From positions 279,230-343,229 of IMG/VR virus record IMGVR_UViG_3300049001_000044: DNA of 64,000 nt; one strand, 5' to 3'. Shown piece after piece: positions 38,163 to 47,465 of the stretch (positions within the stretch are counted from its first letter, which is position 1; each line of letters starts with the position of its first letter). The notes under the pieces were generated by a model, which worked only from the letters and a program-made list of their open reading frames with translations, did not search any database and was not told the origin of the DNA. The position numbers and the translations under genes are program-made.

Positions 38163-39029
38163 ATGAAGAAAATCAATGTGGCGGCAACTGTCCTGGTATC
38201 GATGATCCTCTCGGCCTGTGGCGGTGGAGGCGGTGGTAGTTCCACCCAAACCCCACCAGTCGCACAAGTCCCGGTCTCCCTGCCTATCCTCAACATTAAC
38301 GACCAACTCACCAAGTCCGCAAATGCTGACACCCTGGGCTTCGAGCCTGCGAACATGTCCCACACCTCGGGCGAACTGCAAACCAACACTGGGTTCTGGG
38401 GAGTGAAGTCGGCTTCCGCCTACTACGAGAACGTGGTGGGGACGATCGACCCGAATACGAACATCGCCAACGTCACCTTCAACTGGGACATCACGTCCTC
38501 GCAAACCCCTGGCGTTGTGAACTTCTCCAACATCACCTACGGCCTGCACCCTGGCTCCGCCTTCTCCACCACGAAGAAGCTCCCTGTGCGAGTGACGAGC
38601 ATGGGAGACCAGGTGGTAAATGCGGATGTGAAGACGAGCTGCGAGACCACGTGCTCCTACCAAACGATGCTGGACGTCTTCGTGATGAGTTCGAATAGCA
38701 CGAGCAACGCGGACATCGGAACCGAGATCGTCATTCTGACGGATCGCAACATCGGTCCTTCTGATCTGACGGGTGAAACAGCAACGATCGGCGGCGTCAC
38801 CTACAAGGTCGTGCACAACGGCTTCATCACCAACTGGAACGCCATCCAATACTTCGCGCCCATCGGTACCCCGATTAACTCGATGAAGATTAATGTCAAG
38901 GACTTCGTCAACGACGCTTTGCAACGTGGCTGGATTAAGAGCACCGACTACCTGGTCTCCATCGAACTGGGCACGGAAGTAATCCAGGGTAAGGGCAAGA
39001 CCGAGATCAAGAATCTGCACTTCAACTAA
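38163..39029 (+). CDS. Glycoside hydrolase family 12-like (endoglucanase fold) lipoprotein
   Basis: Lipobox LSAC plus poly-Gly; NFSNITYG, YQTMLDVF, GTEIVIL (nucleophile Glu), YLVSIELGTEV (acid/base Glu). Confidence 0.72.
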   Translation: MKKINVAATVLVSMILSACGGGGGGSSTQTPPVAQVPVSLPILNINDQLTKSANADTLGFEPANMSHTSGELQTNTGFWGVKSASAYYENVVGTIDPNTNIANVTFNWDITSSQTPGVVNFSNITYGLHPGSAFSTTKKLPVRVTSMGDQVVNADVKTSCETTCSYQTMLDVFVMSSNSTSNADIGTEIVILTDRNIGPSDLTGETATIGGVTYKVVHNGFITNWNAIQYFAPIGTPINSMKINVKDFVNDALQRGWIKSTDYLVSIELGTEVIQGKGKTEIKNLHFN

Positions 39030-39050
39030 ATCCTTTCCCTGCAAACAACG

Positions 39051-39075
39051 AAGGGTAGCGTAGGCTACCCTTTTT
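39051..39075 (+). terminator. Rho-independent terminator after GH12 gene
   Basis: AAGGGTAGC-GTAG-GCTACCCTTTTT. Confidence 0.8.
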
Positions 39076-39082
39076 GACGTGC

Positions 39083-39171
39083 GGACCTCCCAGAGACCTC
39101 CTACCTACTTGATGTAGAAGTTAGTGTCGAAATAGGCTATGCATCTCTGGACCTCTCTGGTAAGCTCTAGC
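39083..39171 (-). repeat. Dispersed element copy E3
   Basis: 55/75 ungapped identity to E4 by manual alignment; begins at the stop codon of 39167-39946. Confidence 0.8.
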
Positions 39172-39946
39172 GATAGTAAGAGTGATGCATGTCCTTGATT
39201 GCGTAGAAGTCATCTACTGAATCCATGCCCAAGACCTCTGCTCGATACATGATCTCTGGGAAGTTACTAGCAACCTTCATGTCCAAGTTAATGGCCTGTC
39301 CGTACTTCGTAAGCCTGGTCCCTGGTCCAAGAACATGATAGTTATCGATCCTCCGTTTTGGCGCTTCACCCTCGCGAATCTTTCGGAAGATATCGCAGAC
39401 CAGATCCATACCCCACGAGTCACCGAAGAAGATGCAATCTGACGCATTGAATTGGTTGTACTCTAATCCCATTCGATAGTTGTGCGGGAAGTAAATCGTG
39501 CGATCACCAATCCAATTGTCTCTTAATTGATCCATCACGCTGGTGTCAGGGTCAAAGACGTTATCGTACCGACATTTGAACACGACATCGTAGCGGAAGC
39601 CCATCTCAATCTCATGTGCACGCTTAAGATGGTTGGCAATCATCATCGACCAATACAAACTGCCAAAAGGAACGTATCCCATTGGCTCCTGCGCCTTGAA
39701 CAAATCTTCTTGCGTCTCAATGACGTAGGAAATTGGATTGAATTGTAACAGCTGTTCAGTCAACCAGTCCTTGTCAAGTTGTTGGTACTCGCCTATTGAA
39801 TGATCAGGAAGTTTCCAAGTGTTGTAGTCCCAAGCATGACAGAAGAAGTCAACTTGAACTCCTTCTGCATTAAAATATCTGAGGATAGATTTCCGAGCGA
39901 ACTCAATCGACCTAGGTTGCCCGGATAAACAGACTGCGATTCTCAT
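39167..39946 (-). CDS. Putative glycosyltransferase-like protein
   Basis: MRIAVCLSGQPR, FFCHAW, YDVVFKCRYD, SDCIFFG. Confidence 0.6.
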   Translation of the reverse strand: MRIAVCLSGQPRSIEFARKSILRYFNAEGVQVDFFCHAWDYNTWKLPDHSIGEYQQLDKDWLTEQLLQFNPISYVIETQEDLFKAQEPMGYVPFGSLYWSMMIANHLKRAHEIEMGFRYDVVFKCRYDNVFDPDTSVMDQLRDNWIGDRTIYFPHNYRMGLEYNQFNASDCIFFGDSWGMDLVCDIFRKIREGEAPKRRIDNYHVLGPGTRLTKYGQAINLDMKVASNFPEIMYRAEVLGMDSVDDFYAIKDMHHSYYR

Positions 39947-40451
39947 AATTGACACACTCAGTGGATAGGGAAAGGGTTTGCAGATGGTAATAGAACTTGG
40001 CGGCGTCATCTACGCTTGGACCGCGGATTTGATTGACGGGAATGTTCTTGAGATTAGTGTGGTACTCACACGCCCTATCGAATTCCCAACTGCGAGCGAT
40101 GAACACGCATGGGTTAACACTCGTCAGCCAATGCTTCTTGTCGAAGCCACCTGTCATGTAGTAGATGAAGTTCTTTTGAAGGTCGACCTTCTTGTCAGCA
40201 TCGTACACCATCTCGATGTGCCTTACGTCGAACATCACATCAGTGTCGTACGCCATACAGATTTTGAATTCGACGTGAGTCTGAAATTCAGCTGTCTTCT
40301 TCTTGTGCGATACAGTTTCGAGGGCAAGAAACTTGTCTTCGTCAAAGTGATGGAAGAAGGTCATTGGGAATGGGAACCACTTCTGAAGCTTAGCTTGAAG
40401 TTCAGTGGTGTCCACACTCTTGGTTCCGTAAAAGCAAACTGCGTAAGTCAT
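39912..40451 (-). CDS. Hypothetical protein, distantly similar to downstream gene
   Basis: YAVCFYG start; late glycan operon context. Confidence 0.6.
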   Translation of the reverse strand: MTYAVCFYGTKSVDTTELQAKLQKWFPFPMTFFHHFDEDKFLALETVSHKKKTAEFQTHVEFKICMAYDTDVMFDVRHIEMVYDADKKVDLQKNFIYYMTGGFDKKHWLTSVNPCVFIARSWEFDRACEYHTNLKNIPVNQIRGPSVDDAAKFYYHLQTLSLSTECVNYENRSLFIRAT

Positions 40452-40458
40452 GTCAACC

Positions 40459-40551
40459 TCAGTAGATGAACGGATCGGATTTGTTCTTCTTTCGCTTGTA
40501 CTGGCGATATGCCATCTTCCAGGATTCGAGTAAGTTCTTAATGAAGGTCAT
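40459..40551 (-). CDS. Very small basic protein (30 aa, not in track)
   Basis: MTFIKNLLES...KRKKNKSDPFIY, coupled. Confidence 0.5.
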   Translation of the reverse strand: MTFIKNLLESWKMAYRQYKRKKNKSDPFIY

Positions 40552-41390
40552 AGGATGTTTCTCATCTTGATTTGATCGTGCAGATATTTAGCCCACGCCG
40601 CATGTCCTGACTCCAATGGGTGACCACCATTTCCTGTTGGATTTTCAGGATAGGACCATTCGCAGAACCACGTTGTCTCCACATTGCTGAACAGCTGGCG
40701 CAGCGTGAAATTTTCTGGCGCGTAAATGAAGTTAGGAGCATTGAAGTTGACCAACTCAAACATCGTCTGTAGCTCTTCAGACTCGACGGCTTTCTCAACG
40801 TCATCCCTTTCGTAGTATTGCTGGATTGAAGACACGAGCGAATGGGTGAATACGTACTTGATCTTCTTCGACTCCAAGAATGTCTTCAGTGAGATGATAC
40901 TTTGCAGGTAGTTGGTAATGTTGTAGATGGGATCACCACTTACCCACTTAACGTGCTTCTTCAGGTAGTCTAGAAATTCAGGTGACAGATCAGTGGTGTT
41001 CTTTTGGATCTGTGCGACAAGATCAGGGATGAACTGTCGCCATTGCCCACGATGTCTAGTCTCAAACCGCTCGTATGCCGTCCATCCGACGATCACGAAG
41101 ATGTCTTCAGGCTTGTGTGTCTTGAGCAACTTGCCAACCGCTGAGATGGTAGTGCGAGCAATCCTTTCGTTGCTGCTTCCGCCCAGACCTTCGTTAAGTA
41201 CCTCCATGCCGAGCGAGCGAGCCAACACCGCAGGCCACGCATGATACTCCATATGAGCGTAGTGTTGAGGGGTCAACGCGCTGTAAGTGCGGCTAGTTGC
41301 AACACCAAACTTCTTTTCATCCCATCCAAATTGTTTATTGCCAAGTTCGCTACCCTCAGTTAGCGAACACCCGTTCGCGTACAAAATCAT
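40548..41390 (-). CDS. SGNH/GDSL hydrolase-like (acyl-esterase/transferase fold)
   Basis: ANGCSLTEG (block I Ser), GGSSNE, GHPLESGH. Confidence 0.7.
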   Translation of the reverse strand: MILYANGCSLTEGSELGNKQFGWDEKKFGVATSRTYSALTPQHYAHMEYHAWPAVLARSLGMEVLNEGLGGSSNERIARTTISAVGKLLKTHKPEDIFVIVGWTAYERFETRHRGQWRQFIPDLVAQIQKNTTDLSPEFLDYLKKHVKWVSGDPIYNITNYLQSIISLKTFLESKKIKYVFTHSLVSSIQQYYERDDVEKAVESEELQTMFELVNFNAPNFIYAPENFTLRQLFSNVETTWFCEWSYPENPTGNGGHPLESGHAAWAKYLHDQIKMRNIL

Positions 41391-41980
41391 GTTACGTCCT
41401 TCATGGTGATAAGAGTGTGCGGGTCAACTTTAACCACTGTCGCCTTCGAAGCACGTGCCGCAGCTATCCCACTTGGTGAATCTTCGAAGATAACAGTATC
41501 ATCGTAATTCACCGAAAGCTTTTCCATTACTTTTTGAAAGATTTCTGGATCAGGCTTAGGCTTGCTAACCTCATCTCCTGCAATGACTAAATCGAGGTAT
41601 GGCTTTACGCCGATCTTTTCCAAGATCAGATCAACATACAGACGACGAGAGTTACTTGCGACAGCAATGTAGAAGGGATTTGCTGAGAAATGTTCCATCA
41701 CCCTAATCGCTTCTTCGTTGCTAGGCAGGTTGGACATCAGCGACATCGTCGCCTCTTGCTTTAAGAGATCAATCTTGCGGACGTCTGCTGCTTTGAGTTG
41801 GTACTTAGCGCGCAAAACTTCCAACTTGTCAATGGTGCGAACGCCGTCGCTTGCATCAAGAAGAGGAAGTTTGGATGCTTCCTCACCAATGACTTCAAGT
41901 ACGGCTTGACGGAATGCGGAGGTGTGAATGGATGAGGTGTCGACTAACACCCCATCGAGATCAAATATTGCAAGTTTCAT
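41387..41980 (-). CDS. HAD-superfamily phosphatase (beta-PGM-like)
   Basis: FDLDGVLVD, KPKPDP, FEDSPSG. Confidence 0.9.
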   Translation of the reverse strand: MKLAIFDLDGVLVDTSSIHTSAFRQAVLEVIGEEASKLPLLDASDGVRTIDKLEVLRAKYQLKAADVRKIDLLKQEATMSLMSNLPSNEEAIRVMEHFSANPFYIAVASNSRRLYVDLILEKIGVKPYLDLVIAGDEVSKPKPDPEIFQKVMEKLSVNYDDTVIFEDSPSGIAAARASKATVVKVDPHTLITMKDVT

Positions 41981-42413
41981 GTGTGACGATGGACACGTAG
42001 TCCGTGCAAATGCCGTAGATGCTCTTATCTATTGCGTTTACGTCGCCAATCAGTTCAGGCATAACTGCGATCGAGTGCCTGCTCAGTTGTTTCCCAGGGT
42101 AGGTCCAAATATAACCTGACGACGTCAATGTGAAGTCGTCTTCTTGGTGCCAGAAGTAATGCTTGGTCTTACAAATACGAAGAGTGTTTAGGGCAGCGAA
42201 GTTCTTCGCATGGCACCATAACCCTGGCGTTTTTAGGAATGAAGGATTGACATGGTAGGTGGGCGCGTCGTGTCCTAACCAGATACCGCCTTGGTGGAAC
42301 CATACATCAATCTCCACGTCATATCCCGCTGCGAGCGCCTCCTCAATGTAGGAGGGCTCATTCTCGCGGTTAGACGGGCCGTTCCTATTACCTCGGTGCG
42401 CGATCAGTCTCAT
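41961..42413 (-). CDS. Short glycerophosphodiesterase-like protein
   Basis: IAHRGN, ENEP, DVEIDV, LGHD, ICTDY. Confidence 0.75.
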   Translation of the reverse strand: MRLIAHRGNRNGPSNRENEPSYIEEALAAGYDVEIDVWFHQGGIWLGHDAPTYHVNPSFLKTPGLWCHAKNFAALNTLRICKTKHYFWHQEDDFTLTSSGYIWTYPGKQLSRHSIAVMPELIGDVNAIDKSIYGICTDYVSIVTHETCNI

Positions 42414-43110
42414 GCTTGATGTATGCCTCTAAATCTTCAGGAGTTCCCACACCATGCATTTCGTCAACTGGCATGGTAATTACTTTGTGACCCAGCGCTA
42501 CGTTTTGAGTGTAGACTGGAGCAACGTAGAATTCGTTCTTGTAGCGGATGTTCTTCTTAATCATTAACTCCGCTGCATCAACGAACTGACTACCCTTGTA
42601 CCAAAAGTAGAGACCTGCTGTGGCATGAGTGCTGACGGGTACCTTCTCAACGACTTCAGTTACGAACCCATGCTTATCCAGCTTCGCGAAGCTCCACTTT
42701 GGATCGGTATCTTCGAACGTCATGATCACACCATCAGCGTGTGTGTAGAGAGGAGTGACACTTGCTTCGTTGAACTTGATGATGTTGTCAGAGTTCATGA
42801 TCGCCAATGGCTCATCATTGTTAATGAGGTGCTTTGCTTGAAGCACGGTACATGCGGCTCCCTCAGTCACGCCATCAATGACGACCACATCACATCCTTC
42901 GTATCGTTCTTGAAGGAAGTTCTTCACGTCGTATTTCTCAACGTGCTCTTTCTGGACGATAAAGATCAGATGTCTAATTGCAAGAGGGAACGAATCTACG
43001 ACATGCTCAATCATCGTCTTACCAAGGAACTTGATGAGGGGCTTTGGGTCAGTGTATCCCGCCGCACTGAAGCGGGACCCTAAACCCGCCATTGGAATGA
43101 GAAGGTTCAT
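42388..43110 (-). CDS. Sugar-phosphate nucleotidyltransferase
   Basis: IPMAGLGSRF, PKPLI, GAACTVL, VVEK, GVGTPEDL. Confidence 0.85.
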   Translation of the reverse strand: MNLLIPMAGLGSRFSAAGYTDPKPLIKFLGKTMIEHVVDSFPLAIRHLIFIVQKEHVEKYDVKNFLQERYEGCDVVVIDGVTEGAACTVLQAKHLINNDEPLAIMNSDNIIKFNEASVTPLYTHADGVIMTFEDTDPKWSFAKLDKHGFVTEVVEKVPVSTHATAGLYFWYKGSQFVDAAELMIKKNIRYKNEFYVAPVYTQNVALGHKVITMPVDEMHGVGTPEDLEAYIKHETDRAPR

Positions 43111-43111
43111 C

Positions 43112-43303
43112 TTAATCACCCAACTTCAGTTCGATGCTCGCGCCCATCTTCAGAAGTTCCTCTAGAGATACCTCCATAACAGAGGCGTACTCCTCACCAC
43201 GAGTGCGAACGTAGAGGTAGTATTTCCCATCTCGTTCGTTAAGCGAGACATAGGCGGGGAGGGTTTGACCGGTTACTTCAGTGTATGCGTAGATGTTGTT
43301 CAT
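43112..43303 (-). CDS. Small hypothetical protein
   Basis: 63 aa; PAYVSLN. Confidence 0.6.
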   Translation of the reverse strand: MNNIYAYTEVTGQTLPAYVSLNERDGKYYLYVRTRGEEYASVMEVSLEELLKMGASIELKLGD

Positions 43304-43311
43304 TTGATTCC

Positions 43312-43581
43312 TCAGGGGTTCTTTTTAACGTATCGAATATTAGGAGGTTCATCTACCTCAACTGCGCCATCAAACATTGATGTATCAATCCAGTCAACAT
43401 CATAGTTGTTTGGGCCGGTGCTGACTCTATACTGCTCACTTGGAAGACCAGCATTTCGTGGCCCTGTCTCTACGAACACTGTCTCACCCGCGTAATCACC
43501 ATGCTCAGGTTTATCAGCGAGTCGATAGCACTTCCCAATCTGTGGTCTAAACGTGGCCTCAAATAGTTCCGCCATTTTCAT
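43312..43581 (-). CDS. Small putative internal head protein
   Basis: Leader MKMAELFE|A. Confidence 0.6.
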   Translation of the reverse strand: MKMAELFEATFRPQIGKCYRLADKPEHGDYAGETVFVETGPRNAGLPSEQYRVSTGPNNYDVDWIDTSMFDGAVEVDEPPNIRYVKKNP

Positions 43582-44501
43582 TTGTTAGCCTCGACTTCGG
43601 TTAGGACTGCATTTAAATTGCGCTTGGGCGCTTCGTAGACGGACTTGAAGAAGGATGATGCGTCAGCGGTCATGTCAGCAATGTTCATACCCAGATCTTT
43701 CTTCAGTGGAATGAGCAGGTCTGCGCTCGCCTTCAACAGGCTTTCTTCGGTTGCAAACTTCGGTTTGATCTCTTCATGGAAGTACTTCTTGAACCAATCG
43801 TAGTCAGAAATCTGTGCGATGTCGAAGTCGGCTTCGATGTTGGCCATGTAGATGCCGAGCCTAGTGCCGTAGACAGCCCACACTCCGTTCTCTACGTCAG
43901 CACCAACAGAAGCCCAAATCAGCAGGCGCTTGTAGTTGGTTGCGTAGACAGAGTTTTGAATGAGACCTGTTGCTTTCGCACCGCGATCAAGAGTCATCTT
44001 CACACCTTCACGGAAGCCTGCGCGGAAGGCTTGGAAGGGCGAGCCATTAATGCACGTGTCGGAGTAGGTGTTGTTGAGCTGGACGTAGTTGTCGTCCCAG
44101 CAGAAGTCTACTTTTTCTTCGTCACGTGTTGCGTTCTCATGAGTGCGCATGTTCAACACGAAGTCTTTGGTCCACAGCTTCAGACCACCGTTGCCGTAGT
44201 GGAGACCGTTGACGATGTTCCTTGCTCCCCAGCTCAGCGTCTTGTCATCGAGATGGGCGGGGATGTCCAACTCCAAATCGAAGAACTCGTCGTAGACTAG
44301 GTTGTCGCCGTCGACAGTGATGAACTTATCAGTACTAGATGCGTTCGCGCAGGCCTTGTGCGCGCTATCAAATCCCTTTACTCCATCAACGCGTTGAGCC
44401 CATGGACACTGATCTTGCAGCTTTGCCCAGAACTCTTCCTTTTGCGGTTCATCATAGGAGAGGTAGAAGAGATCGAAGTCTGAGATGGAATGTTTAGCCA
44501 T
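43578..44501 (-). CDS. GT-A-like glycosyltransferase
   Basis: ITVDGD (DxD), YGNGGLKLW, AFRAGFREG; paralog of the 24507 N-terminal domain. Confidence 0.7.
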   Translation of the reverse strand: MAKHSISDFDLFYLSYDEPQKEEFWAKLQDQCPWAQRVDGVKGFDSAHKACANASSTDKFITVDGDNLVYDEFFDLELDIPAHLDDKTLSWGARNIVNGLHYGNGGLKLWTKDFVLNMRTHENATRDEEKVDFCWDDNYVQLNNTYSDTCINGSPFQAFRAGFREGVKMTLDRGAKATGLIQNSVYATNYKRLLIWASVGADVENGVWAVYGTRLGIYMANIEADFDIAQISDYDWFKKYFHEEIKPKFATEESLLKASADLLIPLKKDLGMNIADMTADASSFFKSVYEAPKRNLNAVLTEVEANK

Positions 44502-45123
44502 TTTGGAATGATACGGATAGAGGCCCCCTCACCGCGAACACTGAGAGATCATCAACGTCTTTCAGGTTAAGGCGAATTGGATTGGGCCAGGATGGGAGGT
44601 TGTTGTAAGTGGTGATTTCGTTGAGGATATTTACGTCCAACGAGAAGGCGCACTTCAGGTACGTCATGTCACCCTCCCTCGTAAAGTACATCTTGACGGG
44701 ATTTGAGATCGTCTTCAGCTTTTCCCCATCGTAGTAAATCTCCACAACACCTTCATCCTTCAACACCTTCAGTCGAATGTCATCCCAGTCATTAGGCTTC
44801 ACCTCATAAATGCCCAACCCAATATCTACGCGATTCAGTTTGACAGTGTGCGGTTGAATCTTTTGGAAGACAAACAACTTGTCATCAGGTATGATCGACC
44901 ACGAGATTGGATTCTCTTCGCCGGTGATGAACTTCAAACCCAACTCATAATCCACTTCTAAACATTTCTCATCTTCCACCGTCACGTCACACGAGCTAAT
45001 CGACTTAATTTGCAGAGTGGTGCTGTTAAAGTGGACGTAGAATTTTGGTTCGACGGGTGCGGGTGCGGGTGTTGGCGCAAAGTCTTGCGTGCTAGACAGC
45101 ACTTGCATGAGCTGTTCGATCAT
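44494..45123 (-). CDS. Hypothetical protein
   Basis: 209 aa, coupled in operon. Confidence 0.65.
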   Translation of the reverse strand: MIEQLMQVLSSTQDFAPTPAPAPVEPKFYVHFNSTTLQIKSISSCDVTVEDEKCLEVDYELGLKFITGEENPISWSIIPDDKLFVFQKIQPHTVKLNRVDIGLGIYEVKPNDWDDIRLKVLKDEGVVEIYYDGEKLKTISNPVKMYFTREGDMTYLKCAFSLDVNILNEITTYNNLPSWPNPIRLNLKDVDDLSVFAVRGPLSVSFQNG

Positions 45124-45977
45124 ACTCCCAGCTTCCTTTCCATTGTGTTGATCATTTTATCGGTCATGAACTCTTTCACATGATAATGAAGAGGCAGCTG
45201 TTGAGCGTAGTTACCAATCTTCAACGAGCAATCCCTATTGAAGTAGTAGGGGACAATCTTAGTCCAGTCTTCGACCATGAACTGACCTTCAGGCCAACCT
45301 TGCAGTTGCGACTTCATGTGGACGAACGTAGGCAGGTCCGATTCAGAGTAGAGGTTGTAGGATGGGTAGTCTAGAATCTTTGCCGCGATACCGAACACAA
45401 CGTCAGTTGATACGAACTTTGGTCGATGTTCTGGCTCCAAGAATTCGTAGAAGCAGCGCTCCCAGTTGTTGAAGATGAACTCACAAAGACGGAAGAACTC
45501 AAAGTTCAAATCGTTCTTCTTGAAGTAGAACATCGCGCTGTAGACATTAGGAAGGTTCGACTCGGTGAAGGTCTTACGATAATAATCGCTAGTGATAACC
45601 TCCCCACGATACGTCTTCGCCTTCGTACAGAACACGCCTTCGCTGTCAGACAGCATATCCCACCAGTGAGAGATGTCACCAGGGAAAATCATGTCCGCAT
45701 CCAACTTGATTGTCTCATCGTAAGGCGTCATGTAGATCGCCTTCCATTCATTCTCCAACTTCCACGTGCTGTTCTTTGCGTGGTCTTCCCAAGGAATTTC
45801 AACCACTTGATCGAACACTTCCAGGTACTTGGCAGGAATGTTTGTGATCTCATCCTTCGTTACACCAATCGACAGATCATTTGGTCCTGTCTGGGACAGC
45901 TTCAACGACAGTGCGCATGCGTAAGCGAGACGTTGATACGATTCGCCTTGGGCAATAGTGAAGAAACCTCTACTCAT
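45120..45977 (-). CDS. GT8-like glycosyltransferase
   Basis: TPYDETIKLDADM, NVYSAMFYF, STDVVF, FVHMK. Confidence 0.75.
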   Translation of the reverse strand: MSRGFFTIAQGESYQRLAYACALSLKLSQTGPNDLSIGVTKDEITNIPAKYLEVFDQVVEIPWEDHAKNSTWKLENEWKAIYMTPYDETIKLDADMIFPGDISHWWDMLSDSEGVFCTKAKTYRGEVITSDYYRKTFTESNLPNVYSAMFYFKKNDLNFEFFRLCEFIFNNWERCFYEFLEPEHRPKFVSTDVVFGIAAKILDYPSYNLYSESDLPTFVHMKSQLQGWPEGQFMVEDWTKIVPYYFNRDCSLKIGNYAQQLPLHYHVKEFMTDKMINTMERKLGV

Positions 45978-46138
45978 TTGTACCACTCCGGATGTTCTTC
46001 TCTCAATTTAGCGTATGCTTCCTGCTCGTGCTGTCGATATTCAACAGCACGTTCTTCCCATCCAGGACCACCTTCATATCGAATCATGGTCGAATAGAGC
46101 ATCATGATCTGGTATTCTGCTTTTTCTTTCTCCGTCAT
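45974..46138 (-). CDS. Small protein (54 aa, not in track)
   Basis: MTEKEKAEYQ...EHPEWYK, coupled both sides. Confidence 0.55.
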   Translation of the reverse strand: MTEKEKAEYQIMMLYSTMIRYEGGPGWEERAVEYRQHEQEAYAKLREEHPEWYK

Positions 46139-47007
46139 TTGAGTGCCTCCATGATTTCGTTCATGTTGTTGAGTAGGGAAAGCTTGTTCATGCAGTGTAC
46201 GTTCAAACCGTTAGTCGTCACACCTTGGTACTTCCAAGTCTCTTGACGATCCTGGTGGAAGAAGTGTAATTTTGCTGGTGAGCTAATGCCGAAGAATTGG
46301 TCGGTATCAAGTGCAGATAGGATCGTTGGATCTGGTAGAGACACAACGTAGTTCGACTCTTCGAACAGACCGTTCAGAATGTGGATCGCAATGGAGAAGG
46401 CGTAGTCATTCCTAAACAAGGCGCCCGGAAAATCGTACGTTAGCTGATAGAAGTCCCAGTTGTCTTTGACGTGCTCTACCAAATCGAATAATCTCTTTGC
46501 CTTCTCGCCCTTTCGGAAGTAGATGACAGTAGCCCAGTACATTGGGATGCCGTATGGGTTCAACCTATCTTCCGCACCTTGAAGTTTGTTGTGGAAGAGG
46601 TCAGTCGCATACTTGTTGATTTGGAATTCCTCCTCACTGCCCCATACATGGGAGAGGACGTCGTTGCAGACGAGGAAGTCGCAGTCGATTAGGAGGGTCT
46701 CATCGTATGGAGACAAGTCATAGACCGTGCTTCTGCTTTCGTTCTTGAATTGGGCTTCGAACCCATAGTATTGAGTGTCACGATATCGACGGTTGTTGAC
46801 GAACTTTTGTTCTTGTTCTTCAATCAACACCACAGAGTCGAACAGTGTGTAGACGTCATGGCGAGGATCGACGGAGCCTTTATCGCTGATCAGGCAGACG
46901 TTGGTGCCTGGCATGTTCTTGCGGATAAAGGATGCGCACATAATCGCAAGCTGGACGTAATCAATACGGGCGTTATTGACGCCGAAGATTACAACACCAC
47001 GAGACAT
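46135..47007 (-). CDS. GT8-like glycosyltransferase paralog
   Basis: SPYDETLLIDCDF, WATVIYF, RNDYAF, VHCMNK. Confidence 0.75.
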   Translation of the reverse strand: MSRGVVIFGVNNARIDYVQLAIMCASFIRKNMPGTNVCLISDKGSVDPRHDVYTLFDSVVLIEEQEQKFVNNRRYRDTQYYGFEAQFKNESRSTVYDLSPYDETLLIDCDFLVCNDVLSHVWGSEEEFQINKYATDLFHNKLQGAEDRLNPYGIPMYWATVIYFRKGEKAKRLFDLVEHVKDNWDFYQLTYDFPGALFRNDYAFSIAIHILNGLFEESNYVVSLPDPTILSALDTDQFFGISSPAKLHFFHQDRQETWKYQGVTTNGLNVHCMNKLSLLNNMNEIMEALK

Positions 47008-47008
47008 G

Positions 47009-47392
47009 TCACACTCCTAGTACGTCAGCGGTGTTTCGCTTTTGTCTGATCGACTTGTATTCGACCATAAATTCGTTCATGACTTCGTAGTACTTGCCAA
47101 CGATGTCATCTTGGAATTTTGCGAGATCAGTGATTTCGATTGGATTCCTATTCGCATCGTTCAAGATGACGTTCTCTTGGCCCATACCAAGAAGCGTCTG
47201 TACGAAGGAGATAAGTTCAGGGGTGATTTTGAAGATGCCGCCATTCACAGAGTAGGTGAGACCTTTGTCTGCTTTGATGCGAGCGTTTTCGACTTGGTTG
47301 TTGAGGGTGATGCGGTAGTTGGCTTTAGCGATTACGTCCTCGAGACGAGTGTCGATCGCTGCCTTGATTTCAGGCTGAGAATTTCTCTTCAT
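47009..47392 (-). CDS. Hypothetical protein, first gene of late glycan operon
   Basis: GCTAAATA at 47454-47461 upstream. Confidence 0.65.
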   Translation of the reverse strand: MKRNSQPEIKAAIDTRLEDVIAKANYRITLNNQVENARIKADKGLTYSVNGGIFKITPELISFVQTLLGMGQENVILNDANRNPIEITDLAKFQDDIVGKYYEVMNEFMVEYKSIRQKRNTADVLGV

Positions 47393-47465
47393 GATGGGTA
47401 TATCCGATGGGAGTTGGAGAGAGCTTCCACTCTCTCCATTTTGGTAACAAGACTATTTAGCCTTA

